Positions 24,124 through 37,899 of a stretch of DNA of 64,000 nt are shown piece by piece. The stretch's first letter is position 1, and each line of letters starts with the position of its first letter. The stretch is from Felis catus. Its lineage: Eukaryota. The notes under the pieces were generated by a model, which did not search any database, was not told where the DNA came from, and worked only from the letters and a program-made list of their open reading frames with translations. The stretch is taken from assembly GCF_018350175.1 (NCBI RefSeq), contig NC_058383.1, positions 28,956,001 through 29,020,000 of the forward strand, read 5' to 3'. The position numbers and the translations under genes were made by a program.

Positions 24124-26555
24124 ATTAAAGCTCATTTTTAAATGTGATCAATTTGACTTCTAAAAATTCACATTCCAGAAACCAAATAAACCTACTGAAT
24201 TTCTTTCTGCCCTGTCATACTTCTGAAAATTAGGTGAAGCAAAATAATGCAGTGGAAAGTTCAGGGGACTTGGTGACAGTGGGGAATTCTAGATCCTTCT
24301 CTTTCACTAACTTACTTGGAAAATGTAATTCCTCTGGCCTCAGTGTTCTTAATTACATTTCTAAAGCCCTTTCTTGTGTATGATTTTACATAAACCAACT
24401 TCTTGGTGGAGGGGGGCGGGTCCCTGGGTGGCTCAGCCAGTTGGGTGTCCAAGTCTTGATTTCAGCTCAGGTCATGATCTCACGGCTTATGAGATGCAGC
24501 CCCACATTGGGGTCTGCATTGACAGCACGGAGCCTGCTTGGGATTCTCTCTCTCCTCTCTCTTTCTCTGTCCCCCTCCCCCAGTTGTGTACTCTCTCTCA
24601 AAATAAATAAAGAAATAAACATTAAAAAAAAAAAACACACAGCTTCTTGGGCCAGTTAAATGTCTGAAGTTGGCAATAACAGATGTACTTCATGTAAATA
24701 ATGCATTTTTTTTATCCAAATGTTTTCCCAATAGGTAATTATTTATGTTTATTTCATAAACATGTGATTTCAGAGGCTCCCACAGGTACAGTACCAAGAA
24801 GTGAGTGAAGCCTTATTTTGTGAGGTGCCCTGTGCCAGGTCAACTCCCTAGAGGCTCAATATACCCTTTCCTCCCAACTCAACCCGAACACACATCATGC
24901 CCTCTGGATCTGGCCAGTCGGGTGCCACAGAAACATGCCAATGTCGCTAATAAGCAAATGGCAGAGGACCATCTTCTCGTTCTCATCCGGGTCTTAGGAG
25001 ACTGTTTTATTGAGAGGCAGGACGGTGCAGGACACCATGGAGTTAGAGTCGCTTGCTCTGTGACTGTGCACAAGTTACTTGAGCTCTCTGAGCCCTGTGT
25101 TCTCAACTGTGAAATGGTAGTTAACAGTATAAAAACCGCCAAGGTTTCTTGTGAGGATCAGAGAGGTTGAAAGTAAACTGGCAGGGACGGTGTATGGTGT
25201 AAACAGGGGTTAATGCAATGACTACTCACACAACTCCTGGTATTAAGACAGTGGAGGCCCTGGTGAGTAAGGGTTTCTCCATCTCGCTACTGTGAAGAGA
25301 AAGGAAGTAGTAAATCACTCTCCATCACTCACAGCGATCATGTAGAGAAGGGCTCCTGTTTTTGCAGTAGGGCTGCCTGCGTTCTTACTAAATCTCTGCC
25401 ATTTGCTAGCTGTAGGGTCTGGACTTCTTGGGAGTCTCAGCTTCCTCGTGTTTAAGTGTGCGTGTGTGTGTGTATGTGTGTGCGCGCGTAAGAATAGCAT
25501 TTACCCCCACTGGGAGGTTTAAGAATTGAACAGGAGAATGCAAGTGAAGTATCTGATCCTACAGAGCCTGACATGTGGTGAGTAAACCATATAGGGTAGC
25601 AATTTGCCTGGTTTTCAAATACAGTCATGAGAATCTTATCTTTTATTGAGTGACATATTATGCTTATAGAATACCGTATTTTACTTATTTATTTATGAAT
25701 GTTTATTTATTTTGAAAGAGAGAGAGCGTGCGAATGTGCAAGCAGGAGAGGGGCAGAGAGAGGGAGAGGGAGAGAATCCCTGACGGTGTGGAGCCTGGGG
25801 CTCTATCTCATGAACTGTGAGATCATGACCAGAGCTGAAGTCAAGAGTCAGACACTCAACCGACTGAGCCACCCAGGCACCCTTAAACTACTATAGTCTA
25901 AATAAGCAAATCTATAGGGGCACCTGGGTGGCTCGGTCGGTTAAGCCTCCAACTCTTGGTTTTGGCTAGGTCACGATCTCAGGCTTTGTGGGTTCAAGTC
26001 TTGGGTGTTGCTCTGGACTGACAGCATGGAGCCTGCTTGGGATTCTGTCTCTCTGTCTCTGCTCCTCCCTCACTTGCTCTTCCTCTCAAAAATAAATAAG
26101 TATTAAAATAAACAAGCACATCTATAAACAAAGACAGAAGAAAATACAATGAAGTATTTGTAGTGGGTCTGGGTATGCTGGGTGGGGGAGGGTCGTGATT
26201 ATTTTGGCTTTCTGTATATACCAAATTGTTTTTAATAAAAATGTATATTATAATAATTACAAAAACACACATAAAATTGTAAAAAATATACTGTATTCCC
26301 TTTGACACAACACTAGTGGGGGATTTTAAACTCCAACAATAAACACAGCTAAATTTTAAACTCAGTGTTAAAGTGGAATAAAGGTCCTCATCAGTACTAA
26401 AAAGACAATTAGGTAAAGATAAATATAAAATTAAAGGATTAAATATAAAATATAAAATTTTAAAATATAATAATTACATTCATACTGTTATTCACAATAA
26501 TAAATTATAGTAAAGAGGGGAACCACCTTCTGTATAAGCCTAAACTGTTGTTTTT

Positions 26556-27527
26556 GGGGCACTTGGCTGGCTCAGTTGGTGGAGCATGCTACTATTTAAA
26601 AAAAAAAAATTTTTTTTTAATGTTTATTCATTCTTAAAAAAAAATATATTTTTTTAATGTTTATTTATTTTTGAGACAGAGGGAGACAGAACATGAGTTG
26701 GGGAGGGGCATAAAGAGAGGGAGACACAGAATCAGAAACAGGCTCTGGGCTCTGAGCTGTCAGCACAGAGCTCGATGCAGGGCTCGAACCCACGAACCGT
26801 GAGATCATGACCCGAGCCGAAGTTGGACGCTTAACCGACTGAGCCACCCAGGCACCCCATGTTTACTCATTCTTGAGAGAAGACACAGCATAAGTGAGGG
26901 AGGGGCAGAGAGAGAGAGGGAGACACAGGATCCCAAGCAGGCTCTAGGCTCTGAGCTGTCAGCACACAGCCTGATGCAGGGCTGGAACCCATGAATCATG
27001 AGATCGTGACCTGAGCCGAAGTCAGACGCACAATGGACTGAGCCCCCAGGCACCCTGGAGCATGCTACTCGTCATCTCAGGGTTGTGAGCTTGAGCCCCA
27101 CGATGGGTACAGAGATTACTTAAAAATAAAATCTGGGGGATGGGATGCCTGGGTGGCTCAGTGGGTTTCAGCTGAGGTCATGATCTCACGGTTCGTGAGC
27201 TCAAGCCCCGTGTCAGGCTCTGTGCTCACAGTGCAGAGCCTGCCTGGGATTCTCCCTCTCTCTCTGCCCCTCCCCTGCTTGGGCTCTCTCTCTCAAAATG
27301 AATAAACTTAAATAATAAAAATAAAAAATAAATAAAAATAAAATCTTGAGGTGCCTGGGTGGCTCAGTCAGTTAAGCGTCTGACTCGATTTTAGTTCAGG
27401 TCATGACCTCACGGTTTGTGAGTTCGAGCCCCACATCAGGCTCCAACGGTCAGTGTGGAGAGTGTACCCTTTTTCTCTCTCAAAATAAACTAAAAAAAAC
27501 CAATTTTTTTTTAATCTCAAAAAAAAA
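26556..27527. mobile_element. Cluster of at least 5 nested/tandem CAN-SINEs
   Basis: TSD pairs TGGAGCATGCTACT (26580-26593, 27056-27069) and ATGTTTA(T/C)TCATTCTT (26620-26635, 26859-26874). Confidence 0.9.
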
Positions 27528-30466
27528 GCTGTTCTTTTTGGAAGAAAGAGTTCAAATAAATATTCTTAATGACAAACTCTAAATCATTTCTGATCATATT
27601 TACTTATTAGTTGTATGTTTAGTAACAGTAAAAAAATTCCTAAGTGCTTTCCTATAGGCAGTCCCTTCACATTGCTAAGTGGGAGATCTTATGCAGATTT
27701 TTAGAAAAAGGAATCATTTGCATAAGGTAGTTCCTTTATCTGGCTAATATTGATCAAACAACTGCCACGAGGGGGCCATTATCCCAGGAAATAAATAACT
27801 GAACCACTGCTATTAACTGAGCACCTCCTACGAGCTGGGCACTGGGCTTGCCTTCCAGGTACATTCAGGATCTCATCAGGATTCAGCGTCAGAGGAAAGA
27901 TCCCAAGTGAAGGAGGGGCAGGGGAGGGGTCAGGAAAGATGGGCCGGACTCAGTGCCTTCGTGGGGAGCAGTGAGTGACCCAGAACTACCGGTCTGATAT
28001 GGGGTCGTGTGGACCTAGGTAATGAGAGGTGGGCCAATGGGAGCAGAGAAAGGTTTCAGAGGCAATGGGGTCAGCAAAGCGGTGCCAGAGGATGATACAT
28101 CTCAGGAAGGAGGGCCGGGCTAGGACATCCTAGAAGTGAAATGTTTCCTCACTTCTGGGACTGAGGGGATAAAGAGGGAAAACAGCACAAGAATGACAAG
28201 TGATAAAGAAAGGGATTGATGCTACCTGAGGGCTGTTAAAGAAATAACTCACAGGCTCTGGGGACGAGAGAGAAGAAAGACCAAAGATGCTGGCCAGGTG
28301 TCAGAGCTGGGGAGGAAGAGAGGTACCCTTCAGCAAGCCTCAGAGAGAAGGTTAAGTTGAATTTTAGAAAAGGTGAGTTCGAGGTGATGACACGACTCCC
28401 AAGTAGGATGGTCTAGTGAGCAGCTGGAGGGACCAAACTGCAGCTGGGAGTTAAGAATGAGGCCATTGTACGCACTTGCGAGTAATCTGCAGAGAAATGA
28501 CAACTTTGTACTGAAATTAGTTTCTCACCAATTAGCCTTTTAAAACTAGAAGGTACCAGTCGTTCCCAGCTTACCCGATCTGAAAGTTTATTTCTCCTGA
28601 GAGAAAACAAACCACACGCTGACATCTAAAATGTACTTTTGGGGCGCGTGGGTGGCTCAGTTGGAGCGTCCGACTCTTGACTTCGGCTTAGGTCCTGATC
28701 TTGTGGTTCATGAGTTTGAGCAGAGCCTGCTTAGGATTCTGTCTGTCTGTCTCTGCCCCTCCCCTGCTTGCTCTCTCTCTCTCACAATAAATTAAAAAAT
28801 AAACTGAAAAAAATAAATCAATAAAACATGTTTTTTAAAATTAAAAAAAATTTTTTTTAATGTTTATTTTTGAGATAGAGAGAGCACAAGCAGGGGAGGG
28901 GCAGAGAGACGGAGACGGAATCCGAAGCAGGATCCAGGCTCTGAGCGGTCAGCACAGTGCCCGACGCGAGGCTCGAACTCACAAGCAGTGAGATCATGAC
29001 CTGAGCCGCAGTTGGGCACTCAACCAACTGAGCCACCCAGGTGACCCTAAAGCATATTTTTAAGTCGTATTTTGAGAAGCTGAGGTGGTCACTACCTTTG
29101 TCTTATGATTGTCTTTAACAAACTAGAAATGGTATGGACTTGGATTACATCTTGGGAATTTTGCTAGTTTCAGCTTCCCCTAAATCCAAAATGTGAAAGC
29201 GAACAGAGAAAAGAGTCCACATCTTAACCAAATTCAGTTGATCTTTTCTGCTATTTCTGTCTGCATTTGGGTCACTTCCCCGAGGGAAAACAGCACTTTC
29301 AGGGGAAGAAAGTGCTCTTCAGGGATAAAACGCAGTTCAAACCCTGAACTTCCAAGGTGTGGGTCAACACACCCTCCTGCACTGGCAATGACTGAAGGCC
29401 TCTTGGGAGCACAGCGTTCCCAAGGATGTTTACAGATGTTCTGTATAAACTCGGCCCATGGCAGGAGCAGTGAGAGGTTCTGCTGGCTCTGAGTTCCTGC
29501 ACAAGTAAGCACACATGAGAACATCCCTGTAGCCTGCTGTCCCGTTCCCCCTCCCCGCCCCCCCCAGTCTGGAAGGCCTCAGAGAGGACGCTGGGGGTGG
29601 GGTGGGGGAACGTAGGTAGGACTGGGGGAGGAGATTCATTCCCTTTTCCAACTCCTGTGCCCGGTCCACACAGATACACTTTGGTTTGTGTTTAAGCATC
29701 ACGTGAAATGACAAGTGTTAATTATCTAGTTCAAAGCTAAAGGGGAAGAATGCCTGAGTTTGGAAAAGTCTGCAAGACTGCAAACAGAGACAGGATTAAA
29801 ACGACAGGTTGAACACCGCAGCATTGAAGAGTACAGTAAACCTCTGGGGACTGAGCCACTCTGAAGAGCTGTGGTTTCTGGATAAAAACTTGGGTCTTTA
29901 ACTGATGTCTATAAGGCACGTCAAGAGGTCTGTGCACGCAAAGAAATTATAAGCCAAGCTTGCGGTTGTCCTTATGAGGATGTGATATGAACTCTTGCCT
30001 AAAGGAAGTCGATAGGTTTTACTTAATTTTTTAAAGTCCTATTTAAATAATCTCTACACCCAACGTGGGGCTTGAACTTACAACCCTGAGATCAAGAGTC
30101 GCATACTCCTCTAAGCCAGCCTGGCACCCTGGGAAATCTATAGTTTTTATTAGGCTCTCAAGGAGGACCAAGACCGAAATAAGGTTAAAAACTGTTTATC
30201 CACTAGGATAAAGACTTTTAAAATGTTCGCCATCCCACTGGTCCTGGAGCGGTCACGATGAACCCAGGTGAGCCTTTCCACAGTGACACAGCATCACCGT
30301 CATGCACTCCCACCCTCTGGGTCCTGGAACAGTCTCAACACCAGTAGCCACCACTCCACTGTGGTGATATCTGGCCTTCAGGCAGGCTTTCACATGCTGT
30401 TTCTCTTTCTCCCTCTCTCCCTTTCTCTTGAATTAGGTGCTGGCCTTTAAAAAAAATCTGATTTCA

Positions 30467-31092
30467 GGGGCACCTGGCTGGCTCAATTGGTTAAGCGTCT
30501 GACTTTGGCTCAGGTCATGATTTCACGGTTCATGAGTTCGAGCCCCGCATCAGGCTCGGCACTGACAGCACGGGCCTGCTTGGATCCTCACGATCCCTCT
30601 CTCTCTCTCTCTCTCTCTCTCTGCCCCTCCCTGGCTCTCCCTCCCACTCTCTCTCAAAAATAAACAAACAGGGTTGGCTCCGTCAGTTGAGCACCCGACT
30701 TCGGCTCAGGTCATGATCTCGTGGTTTGTGAGTTTGAGCCCCACGTCGGGCTCTGTGCTGCCACCTCGGAGCCTGGAGCCTGCTTCGGATTCTGTGTCTC
30801 CCCGTCTCTCGGCCCCTCCCCTGCTCATGCTCTATCTCTCTCTGTCTCTCAATAATAAATAAATGTTAAAAAAATTAAAAAAAAATTTTTTTAATGTTTA
30901 TTTCCGAAACAGAGAGAGACAGAGCATGAGTGGGGGAGGGGCAGAGAGAGAGGGAGACACAGAATCTGAAGCAGGCTCCAAGCTTCCAGTTGTCAGCACA
31001 GAGCCCGATGTGGGGCTCGAACTCACAAACTGTGAGATCATGACCTGAGCCAAAGTCAGTCGCTCAACCGACTGAGCCACCCAGGCACCCCT
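30467..31092. mobile_element. Three CAN-SINEs (+,+,-), the last two forming a tail-to-tail inverted pair
   Basis: Heads at ~30467 (+), ~30670 (+) and ~31092 (-). Confidence 0.9.
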
Positions 31093-32580
31093 AAAAAATT
31101 AAAAAAAAAAAAATAAACATTAAAAACTTTTTTTAAAAAGGAAAGGATACATGTACCTTTATAAAAAAATTTTAAAAATTAAAAAAAAATCTGATTTCAC
31201 ATAAAAATGCAGACTCATGGTTTCTCCTGAAAAAAATCCGATCAAGCAAGACTGGGATTGCATATGGAGTGACGTGAATCATCGCAAGCTGCGTAACTCA
31301 GCAGCTGCACTCTGCAGGGAGGGCCTATCTGCTCTGGTTTGCAAGTCCTCATCCACTTGTGTTCCTCCCCGACCTTGGGGGCTATTTGCATTTTCGTGAC
31401 CCCTCCGTAGGTGAGGCCGGCAGAGTCTACTGATGAGCTTATGATGTTTCTGGGTTAACTGGTCTTAGGCTGGTAAGCTTTGGGAGTTCTATCAGCTGAG
31501 AGTCTCCCTGCCTCTGGATTTGCTGGCAGGTTGTTTATCATCATTGCTGAGAAAATGATTGCCTCTGAGGTCTTTCACCAAGTTTTCTGAACTATTGCTT
31601 CTATTCTGTTACAGACCCTGAGGTCGGACACCCCTACTCGGCAGACTCGGTGTGTGAAAGGCTGTGGGTGAATCGGAGGGCAAGTCTAAAGATTCTAGGT
31701 TGGCTTTTTTTTCTCATCATTTCCCCAGAGACCTAGGTCAAAATGAATGAAGAGTTTGTGGGCTCTTCTGTGAACCACATATTTAGTGTACAGGCATTTA
31801 AAACGCCTGTTTTAATATTTTGGAGGTATTTACTTCCGGGTTCTGAGAAACTGTAATTACACCACATTTTTTTTCCTTCTGTTTACTTGTATCATATAAC
31901 AATGATGTACACTTCTCAGTTTTAAAGGCAGATGACACGTTCTGAGTCCCCCCCCCCCCCCTTCACTACTTATGAGCCATGAGACTGTGGGTGAATCACT
32001 CCCTCTCTCTGAGTCTCACATGAGCATATATAAGGCATGGGGTTCCCACTCCGACCTCACAGGGCTGTCGTGAGCATTAAGGAGACGCGTGTAAGCACCA
32101 GCACAAAGGGAGTATTCAGTAACTGTGGTCTCTTCTTCCACATCATGGTTCTGGCGGGACACTTCCCAAACCGTCCAAGTGAGGGATCCCAAAAGCTGTT
32201 CGCATGCTCAGGCCATATAATCAACAACTTATTCTGACATCTCATCAATGTAACTTTTAAATGTTTATTTTTTTGGAGACAGAGAGAGAGAGAGAGAGAG
32301 AGGGAGAGAAGGAGAGATCAGGAGTGGGGGAGGGGCAGAGAGACAGGGAGACAAAGAATCCCAAGCAGGCTTCCCACAGTCAGCGCAGAGCCCTCTGCGG
32401 GGCTCGAACCCACGAACCGTGAGATCATGACGGGAGGCGAAACCAAGAGTCAGATGCTTAACCGACCGAGCCACCTAGGTGCCCCTCACCAACGTAACTT
32501 TTAGAAACACCTGGAGAGATATTATTTCCTGAGGAAAACGCCATCTCTAAAATTTCAGGGTCAAGAAATGGCACAAAGTC

Positions 32581-32808
32581 GGGGCGCCTGGGTGGCGCAG
32601 TCGGTTAAGCGTCCGACTTCAGCCAGGTCACGATCTCGCGGTCTGTGAGTTCGAGCCCCGCGTCGGGCTCTGTGCTGACTGCTCAGAGCCTGGAGCCTGT
32701 TTCCGATTCTGTGTCTCCCTCTCTCTCTGCCCCTCCCCCGTTCATGCTCTGTCTCTCTCTGTCCCAAAAATAAATAAACGTTGAAAAAAAATTAAAAAAA
32801 AAAAAAAA
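32581..32808 (+). mobile_element. Young SINEC_Fc-like CAN-SINE with an 18-bp TSD
   Basis: TSD AAGAAATGGCACAAAGTC at 32563-32580 and 32809-32826. Confidence 0.95.
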
Positions 32809-34518
32809 AAGAAATGGCACAAAGTCTTAGAAAGCACGGCATGAACGAACTGGGTCATTGAGCTTTTCTAAAATGTTCACGGGTCAGCTGTTGGCACAAC
32901 TGACAGGAAACAATTATCACAGCGTCACGACTTGGGCAACTGCAAGAGCTCTAGCACTGGAACCTTTTCCGTGTTTCCGCAAGAAATACCTAACTGACAT
33001 GGTACAGTTCTCTGAAAAATCTAGGAAGGAAACAAAAGGACTGGAATACCATATCCCAGCTATTCTGTGTGATTAAAGAACTGGCAATAAACGTGGCTAT
33101 TGCTCCCTCAGAAGGAAAACTGTTTGATTTGGTCAAGTACCGATCTGTAGAATCATCTAGAGGAAGTGGTGGAAGGAGGTGGTGTCGCTGCCATTAACTG
33201 TTTGATTCCTTAGTCACCCCGAGGTCAATTAATACAGTAATTGTCATTGAGTTCAAAGAAGAATGCATTCATAATGAGTTTATATGGAGGATTTTTATAC
33301 CTCAGCTTATAAAGACTGCATGCAATGAATCACTAAATACTACTCCTGAAACCAATGCGATGCTATATATTAACAGACTTGAATTTTAATAAATGAAATA
33401 AAGATGTCACGTAGTGATAGTTAACTCTTTAGTTAACAATCTTCAAACTACTTTGTTCAGTGACATATAATTATGGTTCTACCTTTTTGTTCAACAAGAC
33501 GTTTATTGTGACGATAGTACATACCTAATGTTTTAGGAGTAATCTTTCGGAGGACTAATTTATTGGGATTCTAACCTGAAAAGAGGATCTCAATCACTAC
33601 TTAGCAAAGATGTTTCCCTGCAAGAATAAAAAGATTTTGCCTTTATATCGTCTTTTAACTAGGTCATTTACTTCTCTTCATTACATATTACCTGACAGCA
33701 AAGAAGAATGACAACCACTAGCATCTACTGAGAGCTTATCATGTGAAAGATGATCCTGTGAGATGATTATTGCTCTCATCTCCACTTTACAGATGAGAAA
33801 AATGGAGGCCTAGTTAATAGAGGACAGAGCCAGGTTTTAAACCATGGTCTGACTTCTGGGGCACCTGAGTGGCTCAGTCGGTTGAGCGTCCGACTTCAGG
33901 TCAGGTCATGATCTCACAGTTCGTGAGTTCGAGCCCCGGGTCGAGCTCTGTGCTGACAGCTCAGAGCCTGGAGCCTGCTTCGGATTCTATGTCTCCCTCT
34001 CTCTCTGCCCCTCCCCCGCTCATGCTCTGTCTCTCTCTCTCTCTCTCTCTCTGTCAAAAATAATTAAACATTAAAAAAAATTAAAAAAAAATTTAAACCA
34101 TGGTCTGACTTAAAGCCTGACCTCATAGCACTACATTATTATTGGTTCAAAGGACTAACTGGCCCCTCTATCCTGCTACTACAAAAGCTGAGAAATCCAA
34201 ACTGCAGAAAATAAACCAGGAAGGGACAACACCACTGCATTTCGGAACATGAACTCTGGCTCGACGAGCATGGTGTTGCGTGAGACAAGCAGACGCAGTC
34301 ACAAGAGAAAGTGGGGTGAAGGGTGCTGGGTGGCTCAGTTGGTTGAGCATTAAAAACTCTTGATTTCTTGATTTTAGCTCAGGTCATGATCCCAGGGTGG
34401 TGGGATCGAGACCTGTGTCTGACTCTGTGCTGAGCGTGGAGTCTGCTTAAAATTCTCTCTCTTCCCATCCCACCCCGCCATTCTCCCTCTCCCCCACTAG
34501 CACTCTCTAAAAGTTAAC

Positions 34519-34529
34519 AGAAAGAAGGA

Positions 34530-34589
<60 letters not shown>

Positions 34590-34591
34590 AA
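34519..34591. repeat. (AAAG)n tetranucleotide microsatellite
   Basis: Long run of GAAA units at a SINE tail. Confidence 0.95.
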
Positions 34592-36534
34592 TAGGGATGT
34601 GAGGGGTGCCTGGCTGGCTCAGCTGGAACAGTGTATGACTCTTGATCCTGGGGTGGTGAGTTCGAGCCCTATGTTGGGCATAGAGATTCCTTGCATAAAC
34701 TAAAAAAAAAAAAAAAAAAAAAAAAAAAAGAAAGAAAGAAAGAAAGGAAGAAAGAAAGAAATAGTGGTAAGAGTAGTTGGGAACGCCCTTATTTCTGGCA
34801 CCCCAGGTCTACTTCTGGGGACACCACTATAAACACAAGTAGAATACTACAGACATTTTAAATGTCCAAAGAGTGACCACACATTTCTAGTGACTATGAA
34901 ATGAAATGTGCCCAAATGCAAGCAAGGCAAAGGCCATACATGGCAAAAATAAGAGAATATTGTGTACACCTCTTGTAGGTGGCAGAAAGTGGCTTTCGTG
35001 AACACAACAGAAGCACTTCCAGGCTCTTCCCATAAAAAACCTTGTCCAAAAATATTTTCTTTCTGGACGGAGTCAGACATTACTAGGGCAAAGTTAGCTA
35101 GCTAGCGCACTGGCTGACGTGCTGCCTGAACTTTGAGACCCCGTGATTCACTGCTCGTGAGGGATGTTGGGCAAGACAAGAGAACACTGAGAAGAGTGTC
35201 CTGGCTCTCCCTAGAGACTCTTCTTTTGTTTACGTTATGTGGCGTATATTCAGCGACCTATCCTGTATTAAATGCTGTAGATGTCCAATAACTTGGGATA
35301 AAAAAAAAAAAACTGATTAGAAAGCATACTTTAATTATTGGTTTGAGTAGTCTCTCCTTCTCCAATCAAATTCTGAGCTTCTTGAGATGAGGAACCAAGC
35401 CACAGAATTCTATCATCGTATTTGAAGTAGCTGGCACAAGGATGGGTTCTGGATACTTGTAGATGAAAATCAAATCAGCATATATCTGACTCCCTATCAC
35501 AGTAATTTCTTAGAACCTCTGACATAATCATCTGAGTTTTGTGAAGCTGAAATGAAAAAGGATATCTGACAGAGAGGCTCAAGAATGTACATTTTATTTT
35601 ATTTTATTTTATTTCATTTCATTTTATTTTATTATTTCTAAGTAAGTTCCATGCCCAGCATGGAGCCCAACGCAGGGCTTGAATTCATGACCCTGAGGTC
35701 AAGACCTGAGCCAAGATCAAGAGTCAGATGCTTGGGGTGCCTGGGTGGCTTAGGTAGTTAAGTGTTTGATCCCAGCTCAGGTCATGATCTCAAAGTTTCA
35801 CGGGTTCAAGCCCCGTGTCAGGTTCTGTGCGGACAGCTCAGAGCCTGGAGCCTGCTTTGGATTCTGTGTCTCCCTCTCTCTCTGCCCCTCCCTTGCTTGG
35901 GCTCTCTCTCAAAAATAAATAAATAAAAAAACAAAAAAACAAAAAACAAGAGTTGGATGCTTAACCGATGGAGCCACCCAGGTCCCCCAGAAGTGTACAT
36001 TTTAAACAAGCCCCTTAGGAGATTCTTTAATGCACACAGAAGTTTGGGAACTAGAGAGTTGTTACATACAAATAAATAAACACGTGTGTGCCTAAACATA
36101 TGTTTCAGACAAGGTATAGGTAAGGTGTGAACAAAATAAAGTTGAAACAACATTTTCAAGCTCATTTCCTCTACTCTCCAATCTCTCCTCTCTCCAGTGC
36201 CTGAATCATCCTGCTGTAGCAAAATTCTGATCAAACATTTCCTTTGCTCAAAACCATCTTGACCGTGAGAAACTAAAACCCATAGTTGTAAGCTTGTCAT
36301 TTAAGAATCTTTATGGTCCACAAATCAACAGAACTTTTTAATGAGGTCTTTTGTTTTTGTTTTAAGTAGGTTACATGCCCAATGTGGGGCTTTAACTCAT
36401 GGCCCTGAGATTAAGAATCGCATGCACTACAGCTTGAGCCAGCCAGGCGCCCCCAACACAACTTTTTAAACAAGAGCACATCATTAAAAAAAATAAATAA
36501 ATAAAAAAAATAAACCAAAAAACAAGAGCACAAA

Positions 36535-36765
36535 GTCTGGAGCCAGAATGATCGATTTCAAATCCTAGCTCACCAATCACTAGTGTGATCTCAGGCAAGT
36601 CAGTTAATCTGTGTGCCTCAGTCTCCTCATCTGTAAAACTGGGATATTAATACTACCTTACTGATGGGGTTGTTGATAGGATTAAATGAGTTAATAATAT
36701 ACACACCGCACTCAGAATAGTAGCCAGCACATTAGTGCAAAGTAAATGTTAGTTATTACTATTAT
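36535..36765 (+). mobile_element. MIR SINE
   Basis: MIR core (ggcaagtcagttaatctgtgtgcctcagtctcctcatctgtaaaactggg...ggattaaatgagttaata) and tail (aaatgttagttattactatt). Confidence 0.8.
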
Positions 36766-37899
36766 TACAATTATCCCCTACTACTCATCTACTCACACAC
36801 TACACTTTGGTCCCATCTACTAATTCCTGCTCCTTGGGCATTTTTCCGTCACATTGTTTCCTTCATCTGTAACCCAGCTATGCACCATCTCTGGGTCAAA
36901 AGTGTTCAATTGACAAGACCCGAATCACCTGCCACTGGAAAGTCTTTAATGGCTAATTCCACTCACACCCAAATTAATCCTTCCTGCCTCTGTGCATTAC
37001 TGTAACTTTTATTTGTGTGTTTACTCATCTCCTAGACGGCTATTTCCCCTGAGAGGCTTGTATACTTAAAACGTTATGTTCCCAGGAATGGAGACCTGGG
37101 TGCCAAACAGGTCACATTTATTCTCCCTAAGCCTCATATTTCTCATTCATAAGTTCAGGATAATAATATCCACTCTGAAGGAGGTTTAAATAACAAACTC
37201 TATCCATAGGTAGTCAAAGAAGAGTACCGAATAGTGATAGAATGATTAATAGCTGCCCTTACTGATGTCAGCTACGTTACTGGCGTCAGTGCCAAGCACT
37301 GGAGGAGACAGTTTTTCCATCTCGTTTATGGAAACAGGCTGGGAAACGCAGAACACAGCATACACCCAGACAGGCTGTTTCCAAAACAGCCGGGACAAAA
37401 ACAAACCAAACTACCTAACTCGCACGTGCGCTCTGCGCCGGCTCTGGGGCGTGTCCGGAGGACAGAGCAAACCTCTTTTCTATTGGCCTTTCAGAGGGTG
37501 ACATCAAGACCACCCCCAAAGGACCGACCAATGGGCTTTAGCGGGGAGGACCCAACGGCGACAGCTGAGGGCATGACAGTGTCTGGATTTTATCACCTCT
37601 CCACCAAAGTTGGGGGGCCGTCTCCTGCCCCGCCAAAGAGCCTCGGCTAGACACAGCCTGATCTTCATTTACCCCTCTTTATATTTTCTTTTAACGAGAA
37701 CTTTTTGTACAAGTTCCCATTAGAAGCCGTGAGCATGGAATCATAACAGCTGTGTTCTAGCCTAACCCTAGTGCGACTCTGGGGTTTCACTTTCCCTTTT
37801 GAGCGCGTCCGTTACCCTATTTTATAACGGGAGCAATCGTTCCGCGTTAGGGCAGGAACTGCCTCTCCAATCAGACCCGTAGCTCAGTCTAGCACCAAC

